Part shown: positions 9,576 to 21,500 of the stretch, one piece after another | How the letters are laid out: each line of letters begins with the position of its first letter | How positions within the stretch are numbered: position 1 is the stretch's first letter | Assembly (NCBI GenBank): GCA_032718475.1 | Contig: JAUCBJ010003643.1 | Coordinates: 1 to 40,560, forward strand | DNA length: 40,560 nt | DNA from: Nemertoderma westbladi | Taxonomy: Eukaryota > Animalia > Xenacoelomorpha | Direction: 5' to 3' | Notes under the pieces: model-generated | The model's database searches: none | The model's input: the letters and a program-made list of their open reading frames with translations, nothing else | What the model was told of the DNA's origin: nothing | Made by a program: the position numbers and the translations under genes

Positions 9576-12500
9576 GTAAAATATGTTGTTCTAGAATGTT
9601 TTACATTGGTTTTCACAAAATATATTATTCTAGAATACTTGTCATTACTCTGAGTTAATTATACATTATTAACAATGCATTGAAGAAATTTAAGGCCAAC
9701 TATAATTCTTTAAATTTATTCATCAAATTTTCACAATTCGGGCACAGTATGTGGTATCTTTTGTAACAAATTATTCTAGAACACGCCTACTTCAATGCAT
9801 GTATCTGCGGTACCACATATGGGACAGTGTTATGCAAAAGGGTGTTAAGCCACAAAAGTTCAATTTGAGATAATCGATGTCAAAGATTTTAACATCCCTT
9901 GTGATCCTACTAATGATCCTACTAATCATACTGTTGTGTTTTTATAAGAAAACATTTATAGAAATTAAAGTATTTTTTCAAGTTATTGTGCTAGAATATA
10001 GCATTTTCTCCGAAATATTGATCAAAATGTGGCTTAACACTTTTGGAAAACTTCATATTTGGCAAAACGTTAAATTGTCAAAAGGTGTCATACTTGCAAA
10101 AATATGTCAAAAGATGTCAAGCCACATAATTTTTATGTGGTTAAATCTTTTTTTCAATATAATTTGTGGTTTAACACCCTTTTACTAATCACAAATCCAA
10201 ACTGTGGCTTAACTTTCTTGTATTTTTAAGGCATTTCTTCGTATTATTGGTCAATAGAATCTCATAATTAGGTAGATTGCACTTTCCTCTATCGAATGAT
10301 ACCAAAAACACCGTCCATATAATAACCCGTTTCCTTACCCTTTACTTTCCATTACAGAAGTTGAATGCCGTAATGGTGCGCCGTGGTGTAGATGTTATCC
10401 TGAACACGAACCTTATCCTTGTAGATGCGAGATTGGATACATACCGGATCCTTACCATATAGGATATTGTGTAGGTAGGTCAACCCATTGGATACATACC
10501 GGATCCTTACCATATATAGGATATTGTGTAGGTAGGTGAACCCATTGGGTACATACCGGATCCTTACCATATAGGATATTGTATAGGTAGGTGAACCCAT
10601 TGGCTACATACCATATAGGATATTGTGAAGGTAGGTGAACCCATTGGATACATACCGGATCCTTACCATATAGGATATTGTGTAGGTAGTGAACCCATTG
10701 GATACATACCGGATCCTTACCATATATGATATTGTGTAGGTAAGTGAACCCATTGGATACATACCGGATCCTTACCATATAGGATATTGTGTAGGTAGGT
10801 GAACCCATTGGATACATACCGGATCCTTACCATATATAGGATATTGTGTAGGTAGGTGAACCCATTGGATACATACCGGATCCTTACCATATAGGATATT
10901 GTGTAGGTAGGTGAACCCATTGGATACATACCGGATCCTTACCATATAAGATAATGTGTAGGTAGGTGAACCCATTGGATACATACCGGATCCTTACCAT
11001 ATATGATATTGTGTAGGTAAGTGAACCCATTGGATACATACCGGATCCTTACCATATAGGATATTGTGTAGGTGGGTGAACCCATCAATCTGGGGTCTAT
11101 ATGTAAGTGAACCTACGGAATTTGGCTATCGCCTTACGGTTATCTTGCATTTGTTCTCACCTATTCGCTCGGATACTTTTGAAGTGCAGCGCCATTTTCT
11201 CCTGATTGTTCTAGTCGACTAAACCCTGCCGCATGTGTAGGACATTGGATGATGAGTCTAGATTTTGCAGATGACCTTGGTCAACTCTACTGTAACTGAA
11301 CAGCTACCAATGCCTTTTGGATGAGTACGGAAGAACCAGCTTAAAAGGCTGGATTATTAGTAAACTTCGACTTACAACATAACATTAGAGTCCGAAAATG
11401 TGCATAGCTTGGGGGCGTTGAGCATGAGCATACCATGATGGTGCTAGCATATTTTGAGGCGCTGAGCATACCTTGGGGCGCAGAGCATACCTTGGGGGCG
11501 CTGAGAATACCTTGGAAGCGCTGAGCATACCTTGGGGCCCTGAGCAAACCTTGGGGTGCTGAGCATACCTTGGAGCGCTGAGCATAACGTGGGGGCGCTC
11601 AGCATACCGTGGGCGCTGAGCATATCTTGGAGCGCCGAGCATACCTTGTGGGCGCTGAGCATACCTTGGGGCGCTGAGCATAACGTGGGAGCGCTCAGCA
11701 TACCTTGGGCGCTGAGCATATATTAGGGCGCTGAGCATACCTTGTGGGCTCTGAGCATACCTTGTGGCGCTGAGCACATCTTGGGGCGCTGAGCACATCT
11801 TGGGGGCGCTGAGCAAACCTTGGGGTGCTAACTTGGTGCGCTGAGAATGACTTGTAATAAATTTGTCATTCCAGAATATTACATTAAATTAACGGTGAAG
11901 GGTTTCAATGTGTATTCGATTTTAGTACTTTATGGCGTTATGGCCCTCGTTTTTTTCATGACACTCGTTGCGCTGGTGTAATTTTTGATGACTTTATATA
12001 CCTACGCCTACGTGCCTCCTACAGGTTATCTCTGTGAGAGTGGTGTAGATGGATTTGTAGCTGAGAACGTATCAAATATTGACCCAACACTTCTGGCCTT
12101 GGATAACGATACAAAGATATGCGGAGATTGTGAGAACATGACAACAATCGAGGTTAGCGAGTTAACGGATTGTACTGTACAGTAGGTCTTGAAAGACTGT
12201 TATTTTTGTCATACCAATTAATTTTTTTTCACAAAATTTTGCTACAAAATTGATTAAATCACTGAGAGAGAGGTAACATCCATCTGCTTATAATTTATAT
12301 TAATATATACGGGACAAGGTGTATACGGGATAAGGAAGGTTAATAATATTGGGCGCAGCTACAGCGAAAGATCGATTACCGTAGCTCTCTAACTCTATAT
12401 CTTGGGATGACGTTATTGAAAGAAAAGGGAAAGGAGCAGGTTGTTACAGTAAAGTGCGAATAATATTATATACTTTATTACGTTTAGGCTCGCCTGCGGT

Positions 12501-15500
12501 GTCGCTGTGTAGACAATAGAGTCAGCAACATAGTCAATAATGTTCAGTTCCAAGGACGGATGTGTGTCCAGGGGAGATCCTGTCCAGCAGAGGACATTCA
12601 ACCTGGACCATTCTTTTGTACAGGTAATCTAGCATTAACCTTGATAATTAGATATTTAATTTATTAATTTCGTAATTTTCGAAATGCTGAATTATATTCC
12701 AAGGCGAATATAATATTTCCACAAATAAATTATATTGATGATATTTTTGGGAATTAAAACAAAACTTGGACAGCGCACCAATCCAATGACATACGGAAAT
12801 AATGTACAATCAACCACACAGCAACCGATATAAACAAAATGCCTCGAATGTTGCTGAGCAACTCACTCCTCAAAATAATTAAGGAGGCAAATTTTAAATA
12901 TCGAAATTTGTTATTGTTTTGCTGAGTTGCAATCTGGACTGGCAGACAGACAGAGCGGTGCTGTTTATACAGTATTACCTGTTCATCTGTACAGAGCTGT
13001 ATAGGTGAAAATATGTAGGCCTACAGTTAGGCCTACATATTTTAACATTTGCATATCGTATGTCTAGGTATGTGTAAGCGTACCTACGTATTTAACTGTA
13101 AAGAAAGTGTCAGTATTCTACTGGCAATAATGGAGTAAGGAAGTATAGCATAGGATGCCTATTTCTGATACAGGTGTCACAGCATATTTCGCCCAACCGG
13201 TTAAAATACGCTAGCGTAGTATGGCTCTGCATTAGAATAGGTAGCTACCGGTGTCAACTGCCTTCTGCTACATAAAAAACATACATCATCGGGCCCTAAC
13301 AACATAAGTTTACTTATGTCAGTCTGTAAGTATATGGAGTACAGTATTGACAGTCTTTACGCCTCCTTGCTCTTATATTCGGATATGTATTAAATTACGG
13401 TAGGCCTTTATCTTTACTAAAGGTTAGTGAAGGTCGCCTTGGCACAGTACCAGAGTACTGCAGTAGGCCTACAGCAGTGGTCTATGTTATCATAATATAC
13501 TATCAGTATCAGACTATACAATACCAATACAGTGCTACAGGAAATGAATGCATCGCACCCTCTGTGTTCTCGAGAACCATAATGGCTAACCAGAATAGCT
13601 AGGCACTTGTCAAGCAAAAGGGTCCCAAAACAAAGGATCCCATAGTCCCCCTATTTCACCAGTCCTTTATTAGTGTTTTGTAATGCTTTTCAGGTATTGG
13701 TGAATGCTCTAGAAAATTCATAGATGTTTTTGAAAATTAGAAAAAATAGTATAAACTGTAAACTGTTGGTAAACCTGTTGTAGTTTAAACTTGAAATATC
13801 AATGTTTTCACATTTTTTTATAGTTTCAATAAATACTAGCTAGTAAAAAAAACACTAGCTAACATAAAAAAAAACATTTCTACGAAATTTCTAGAACGTT
13901 CACCAAAAAAGCATTAAAAAAGGAATGGTGAAAAAAATGGCAGGGGTGTCGACAGGGCGAAGTAGGACCCTTTTGCTTTTGTGCCAATACTGTAGCTAGA
14001 CATGTTTGTTATTATAGACCGCACACTCGGTAATTTATATAATAATTAGTGATTTAATGAATTTGTCAAAGAATAAGATAAATGATCAGTTTACTTTTTA
14101 TTGGAATTTTATATATGAAGATTTTTTATTTTTTTAATTTATCTTTATTAAGTGTTTTATAGCGCTCATTTCTGTCTAATAACCTGTACATATACTAATT
14201 CGTTTATTGTTTTGGTTATATATTCAGCCCTTCTGTAACCTGTGTTTTTGGTGAAAACCTGGTATTCTTCACATGGGGTAACATGCAAAGTGAACTATAA
14301 CGGCAGAAAGTCTGGTATTCTTCACATGGGCCTTGGTATTGATATATTTCGCAGAAATATTTAGATTGTGAAACTTTATTTATTAAACATGATAATTATT
14401 AGACATAGATAGACCCTTTAACAGCCCCTTTTGTCTATACCCTTTTTCATATTAGATATATATTTGTTTACCGGTATGCATAATTTATATTAATTATTCA
14501 ATAAATGTTATGTTAAATATAGTGGTAGTAAAATATGGTAGGTTTTTATGTTCTTTGTGTGCTTCTTAAAATAGTTATTACCTTGCGTCAATAAAGAAAA
14601 ATATATAATCTAATCTAATATTATACTATGTACGTGATTATTCTAGCATGTCATGTCGCTAGTTGTACTTGGGGATGGTGATGATGTTCTGGGCTGTACT
14701 AATATGTACTTATGGTGGTATTACAGTTGTGTTGTAGCGCAGTTCTGTTGTACAGCTGTACTACCTGACTCTGTCTTTGTTTCAGTTTTGTTCTGTACTT
14801 TTCAGCTTATTGTTGTTTCACTATGTCCCAGATTGTTATTCGCTAGGAATTATTCATTCATTTACATTGGATATCATTTCCAGATGAATGTAAACCAGGA
14901 TACCCGAATTGTAAATGCGCTCTACATAAGAAACTGGCAATTAGGAAATGTCTATGTGAAACTGGTTTCACTATCCAATGGGATCAGACATGTTTACGTA
15001 AGTTTATTCATTAGTTAAATATTTATTCAATAACGTTTGAATATTGATTGTTTTTATATATTTTTTTATATTTTCTAAGTTTATAAGATTATGACTTAGG
15101 ATTAGGGTTACATGACAGTTTTAATTATGGTTGAACCCTGACCAACTAACCCTAACCAAAATAATAAACAAACTAAATAACCGCCTTGTTTGTACCCTTT
15201 GACTCGTTTTGTCTTTGACTTTTGCCTTTGACTCTTTGACCTTTGTACCCTTTGACCTAAAGCGCTTTTTCAACCTTACTCCCTGTTTTGATTTTAGTTG
15301 AGTTCGTGATGCAAGACGCTCCCTAGAAGTACATACAGACAGCAGTAGGCCTATTATTTATATTGTTTGAAGAATATTCGAGGAAATAACAAAATTTTAA
15401 ATAAAAATTAACTTACAATACAGGAAACAGCAGAGAATATAGTGGAGGGGCAAGTGGCGCTCTGGTCTATAAATGGAGGACTGAGTGTGATCAGGTTTAC

Positions 15501-18500
15501 TAGATATTTAACCGTTATATCTTATTTATCTTGACATACGCCACCAAAACACAGATACTGTCCTCCCGTCTATAAACTAATTTGAGTTGAAATCGTATAT
15601 ACTATTATTATGAATAACTAATTTATTTTAGTGTATCAATAACATATTTTTATGTATCTTTTTTCCTTAATAATTGTGTAGCAACTCAATGCGATCCGGG
15701 TAATCCTTTCTGTGAGTGTATAGAACGGGGACCTAATACGACACTGTGTGTCTGTGAAAATGGATACACTATAGACACCAGACCAGAGTTCCTAGGGCAT
15801 TGTCGAGGTGAGCTGATGAAAAGTACATTTATATTTTATTATTTAACACCAAATATAAGCTGACATGTTGCAAATCGAACGAGATTTACTGACCGACGGA
15901 ATTACAAACATTCACTGAGGATTACTTGTTTCCTAGGCTACGCCTGCGAACCTGGTTCCTCCGACCCCCATTGCAAACAATGCCCGTACTCAGACTCGCC
16001 CAAGCAGGACTGCAGATGCGACGACGGCTACGAACCAACTCTGTTTTTCGGGAAACGAAGATGCATAGGTTAGTTGCGGAATGTTATATTCTATAATTGT
16101 GCAGTTTCTATCGACTAATAACATTCAGTCTTCTCTTCCTCAATACTAAATGCGATTATTTTTTACAGCTATTTGCGATACTGAAGGTGAAATTCCCCAA
16201 TTCAGTGGCCAAACAAGTGGCTGTGTGGTTCATCCTGAATGTTTAACTTTCGAGGTTTGTTAATTAATTATCAATTAATCTTTGTTTGTATCGACAGTGT
16301 ATTAAAATAATTTAGCAACAAAAATTATGCGATAAATAATAATTTGTTAATTATTTTAAATTAATTAATTATTCCATTGAGGTTGCTGTAAACGACCACG
16401 TTAATATAACCTGTAAACCCCAATGCGAACCGGGCTACCCCCACTGTCTGACAGTCCCCGGTTCCCAACCAGGGGACCCGGTAACTGACGCTGATTGCGA
16501 CCCCGGATTCGCCACCGTCTGGGACCGAACCTGTGTCCGTGAGTTAAACATTCATTTAACGTGATTCCTTAGGGTGGCATTTATACCGACTCGATTAAAT
16601 ATTATCTCTACAAAATTAAACTATTACAATTAAAACTATTAAATAAAAACATATAATATTCCGAACAAAAAATTCAAAACGTTTGAAAGAATTTCTTTAA
16701 ATCTCTAAATAATTGAAAACCTCAACAGTTTTTGGTCCAAATGTTGTTTAAACCCTGAAGTTTTTCGTACCTTTTGACTTCATCAGCACCTCAATCATTC
16801 TCAGCCGCCATATAAAGTTATTCATATACTTACTGTTCTACCTGCGGAGTTATATAATATTATAATAACATTATTTATATTTGTTTTTGGTCCTTAGGGG
16901 AAATATAGGTGAATTACTTTTACGGAAAGTTTCTGAAATTTCTGGAAACTTCCGGGAAAATTCCTTGAGGAAACATATTCCCGGGAAACTCCCATCCCTA
17001 GACAGTAGCTAAATAACCAAACGTAAAGGAGGTAAACCTTGGCCTATACATTTTTATTTGGTGCGAAATTTTTTAATAAAATTTTATGAATTAACTCTCA
17101 ATTATAATTAACTCTAATTAAAGTTTTTAATTAATATTTTCCTCAGGTGTTGAATGCAACGAAGAATTCGATCACTGTGTGTGTCCGAACTCCAGGGACC
17201 CAACCAGCTGTAAATGCAATATAACCTACGTCTCTACAGCCGACGGTCGTTGTTCGGATGTCTGCATTCCTAAACGGAGTCCAGCTGTGGCCTACCTGAA
17301 CCACTGTAATGTAGGTGGAAGTGCAGACATATAGTAGGCCTACCGACCTGAACCACTGTAATGTAGGTGGAAGTGCAGACGTATAGTAGGCCTACCTGAG
17401 CCACTGTAATGTAGGTGGAAGTGCAGACATATAGTAGGCCTACCTGAACCACTGTAATGTAGGTGGAAGTGCAGACATATAGTAGGCCTACCTGAACCAC
17501 TGTAATGTAGGTGGAAGTGCAGACATATAGTAGGCCTACCGACCTGAACCACTGTAATGTAGGTGGAAGTGCAGACATATAGTAGGCCTACCTGAGCCAC
17601 TGTAATGTAGGTGGAAGTGCAGACATATAGTAGGCCTACCTGAGCCACTGTAATGTAGGTGGAAGTGCAGACATATAGTAGGCCTACCTGAACCACTGTA
17701 ATGTAGGTGGAAGTGCAGACATATAGTAGGCCTACCTGAACCACTGTAATGTAGGTGGAAGTGCGGACATATAGTAGGCCTACCGACCTGAACCACTGTA
17801 ATGTAGGTGGAAGTGCAGACATATAGTAGGCCTACCTGAACCACTGTAATGTAGGTGGAAGTGCAGACATATAGTAGGCCTACCTGAACCACTGTAATGT
17901 AGGTGGAAGTGCAGACATATAGTAGGCCTACCTGAACCACTGTAATGTAGGTGGAAGTGCAGACATATAGTAGGCCTACCTGAACCACTGTAATGTAGGT
18001 GGAAGTGCAGACATATAGTAGGCCTACCGACCTGAACCACTGTAATGTAGGTGGAAGTGCAGACATATAGTAGGCCTACCTGAACCACTGTAATGTAGGT
18101 GGAAGTGCAGACATATAGTAGGCCTACCGACCTGAACCACTGTAATGTAGGTGGAAGTGCAGACATATAGTAGGCCTACCTGAACCACTGTAATGTAGGT
18201 GGAAGTGCAGACATATAGTAGGCCTACCGACCTGAACCACTGTAATGTAGGTGGAAGTGCAGACATATAGTAGGCCTACCTGAACCACTGTAATGTAGGT
18301 GGAAGTGCAGACATATAGTAGGCCTACCTGAGCCACTGTAATGTAGGTGGAAGTGCAGACATATAGTAGGCCTACCTGAACCACTGTAATGTAGGTGGAA
18401 GTGCAGACATATAGTAGGCCTAGCCTGAACCACTGTAATGTAGGTGGAAGTGCAGACATATAGTAGGCCTACCGACCTGAACCACTGTAATGTAGGTGGA

Positions 18501-21500
18501 AGTGCAGACATATAGTAGGCCTACCTGAACCACTGTAATGTAGGTGGAAGTGCAGACATATAGTAGGCCTACCTGAACCACTGTAATGTAGGTGGAAGTG
18601 CAGACATATAGTAGGCCTACCTGAACCACTGTAATGTAGGTGGAAGTGCAGACATATAGTAGGCCTACCTGAACCACTGTAATGTAGGTGGAAGTGCAGA
18701 CATATAGTAGGCCTACCGACCTGAACCACTGTAATGTAGGTGGAAGTGCAGACATATAGTAGGCCTACCTGAACCACTGTAATGTAGGTAGAAGTGCAGA
18801 CATATAGTAGGTCTACTGGAACCACTGTAATGTAGGTGGAAGTGCAGACATATAGTAGGCCTACCTGAACCACTGTAATGTAGGTGGAAGTGCAGACATA
18901 TAGTAGGCCTACCTGAACCACTGTAATGTAGGTGGAAGTGCAGACATATAGTAGGCCTACCTGAACCACTGTAATGTAGGTGGAAGTGCAGACATATAGT
19001 AGGCCTACCTGAACCACTGTAATGTAGGTGGAAGTGCAGACATATAGTAGGCCTACCTGAACCACTGTAATGTAGGTGGAAGTGCAGACATATAGTAGGC
19101 CTACCTGAACCACTGTAATGTAGGTGGAAGTGCAGACATATAGTAGGCCTACCTGAACCACTGTAATGTAGGTGGAAGTGCAGACATATAGTAGGCCTAC
19201 CGACCTGAACCACTGTAATGTAGGTGGAAGTGCAGACATATAGTAGGCCTACCTGAACCACTGTAATGTAGGTGGAAGTGCAGACATATAGTAGGCCTAC
19301 CTGAACCACTGTAATGTAGGTGGAAGTGCAGACATATAGTAGGCCTACCTGAACCACTGTAATGTAGGTGGAAGTGCAGACATATAGTAGGCCTACCTGA
19401 ACCACTGTAATGTAGGTGGAAGTGCAGACATATAGTAGGCCTCCGACCTGAACCACTGTAATGTAGGTGGAAGTGCAGACATATAGTAGGCCTACCTGAA
19501 CCACTGTAATGTAGGTGGAAGTGCAGACATATAGTAGGCCTACCTGAACCACTGTAATGTAGGTGGAAGTGCAGACATATAGTAGGCCTACCTGAACCAC
19601 TGTAATGTAGGTGGAAGTGCAGACATATAGTAGGCCTACCTGAACCACTGTAATGTAGGTGGAAGTGCAGACATATAGTAGGCCTACCGACCTGAACCAC
19701 TGTAATGTAGGTGGAAGTGCAGACATATAGTAGGCCTACCTGAACCACTGTAATGTAGTTGGAAGTGCAGACATATAGTAGGCCTACCTGAACCACTGTA
19801 ATGTAGGTGGAAGTGCAGACATATAGTAGGCCTACATGAACCACTGTAATGTAGGTGGAAGTGCAGACATATAGTAGGCCTACCGACCTGAACCACTGTA
19901 ATGTAGGTGGAAGTGCAGACATATAGTAGGCCTACCTGAACCACTGTAATGTAGTTGGAAGTGCAGACATATAGTAGGCCTACCTGAACCACTGTAATGT
20001 AGGTGGAAGTGCAGACATATAGTAGGCCTACCTGAACCACTGTAATGTAGGTGGATGTGCAGACATATAGTAGGCCTACATGAACCACTGTAATGTAGGT
20101 GGAAGTGCAGACATATAGTAGGCCTACCGACCTGAACCACTGTAATGTAGGTGGAAGGGCAGACATATAGTAGGCCTACCTGAACCACTGTAATGTAGGT
20201 GGAAGTGCAGACATAGTAGGCCTAAAGACCTAAACCACTGTAATGTATGTGGAAGTGCAGACATATAGTAGGCCTACCTGAACCACTGTAATGTAGGTGG
20301 AAGTGCAGACATATAGTAGGCCTACCGACCTGAACCACTGTAATGTAGGTGGAAGTGCAGACATATAGTAGGCCTACCTGAACCACTGTAATGTAGGTGG
20401 AAGTGCAGACATATAGTAGGCCTACCTGAACCACTGTAATGTAGGTGGAAGTGCAGACATATAGTAGGCCTACCTGAACCACTGTAATGTAGGTGGAAGT
20501 GCAGACATATAGTAGGCCTACCGACCTGAACCACTGTAATGTAGGTGGAAGTGCAGACATATAGTAGGCCTACCTGAACCACTGTAATGTAGGTGGAAGT
20601 GCAGACATATAGTAGGCCTACCTGAACCACTGTAATGTAGGTGGAAGTGCAGACATATAGTAGGCCTACCTGAACCACAGTAATGTAGGTGGAAGTGCAG
20701 ACATATAGTAGGCCTACCTGAACCACTGTAATGTAGGTGGAAGTGCAGACATAGTAGGCCTAACGACCTGAACCACTGTAATGTAGGTGGAAGTGCAGAC
20801 ATATAGTAGGCCTACCTGAACCACTGTAATGTAGGTGGAAGTGCAGACATATAGTAGGCCTACCTGAACCACTGTAATGTAGGTGGAAGTGCAGACATAT
20901 AGTAGGCCTACCTGAACCACTGTAATGTAGGTGGAAGTGCAGACATATAGTAGGCCTACCGACCTAAACTTAATTAATTAATGATTAATTAATTAATTAA
21001 TTAACTAATTATTGGTTTGTTGAAGCACTTATTTAAGATATACGAAGTTATTGTTTACGCGAATCGTTCGGTACAATATGAACCTGGATTCTGTTTGGAG
21101 AGGAGCGGGGGGTGGGGTAAAGAAAGTGTTTGATAGTTATCGAGTGTTTACTCTTGGGAGTTAGTGTGTCGTCCTCCCCGCCATAGAGGTACAGCCTAGA
21201 GCGAGGAGTTCTTTGGTTTTATGTTTAATTTTTCCCATTAGAGATAACTTTCATTTTCACTTGTTTTAGACTCGTTGCGATCACAACGACGATAATTGCC
21301 ACTGTAACCCCGGTTACACGGCTGTCTTTGTTAATGGCAAGGTCGACTGCGAGCCAGTTACCTGTAACCATGGTAATCCGAACTGTCTGTGTAACGACGA
21401 CGTGTCCAGCGTTTATTGGAGCCCAAGAGAGACACATTGCAGGCTAGTAATAGCTGGTGTCTTACTAAGGGTGTAATACTCTATGTACAGTTGTAGCTAA

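Noticed and set aside
14653-15018. 121-aa plus-strand ORF with hydrophobic stretches
   Set aside because: Mostly intronic T-rich sequence; the true exon (14884-14997) is read in a different frame.
15095-15160. Telomere-like ttaggg/ccctaa motifs
   Set aside because: Only one or two imperfect units per orientation; more likely a decayed TE fragment or chance.
17270-20920. Long minus-strand ORFs (VQVGLLYVCTSTYITV / RPTICLHFHLHYSGSG repeats)
   Set aside because: By-products of the 48-bp tandem repeat; they shift frame at every 52-bp variant and lie antisense in an intron.
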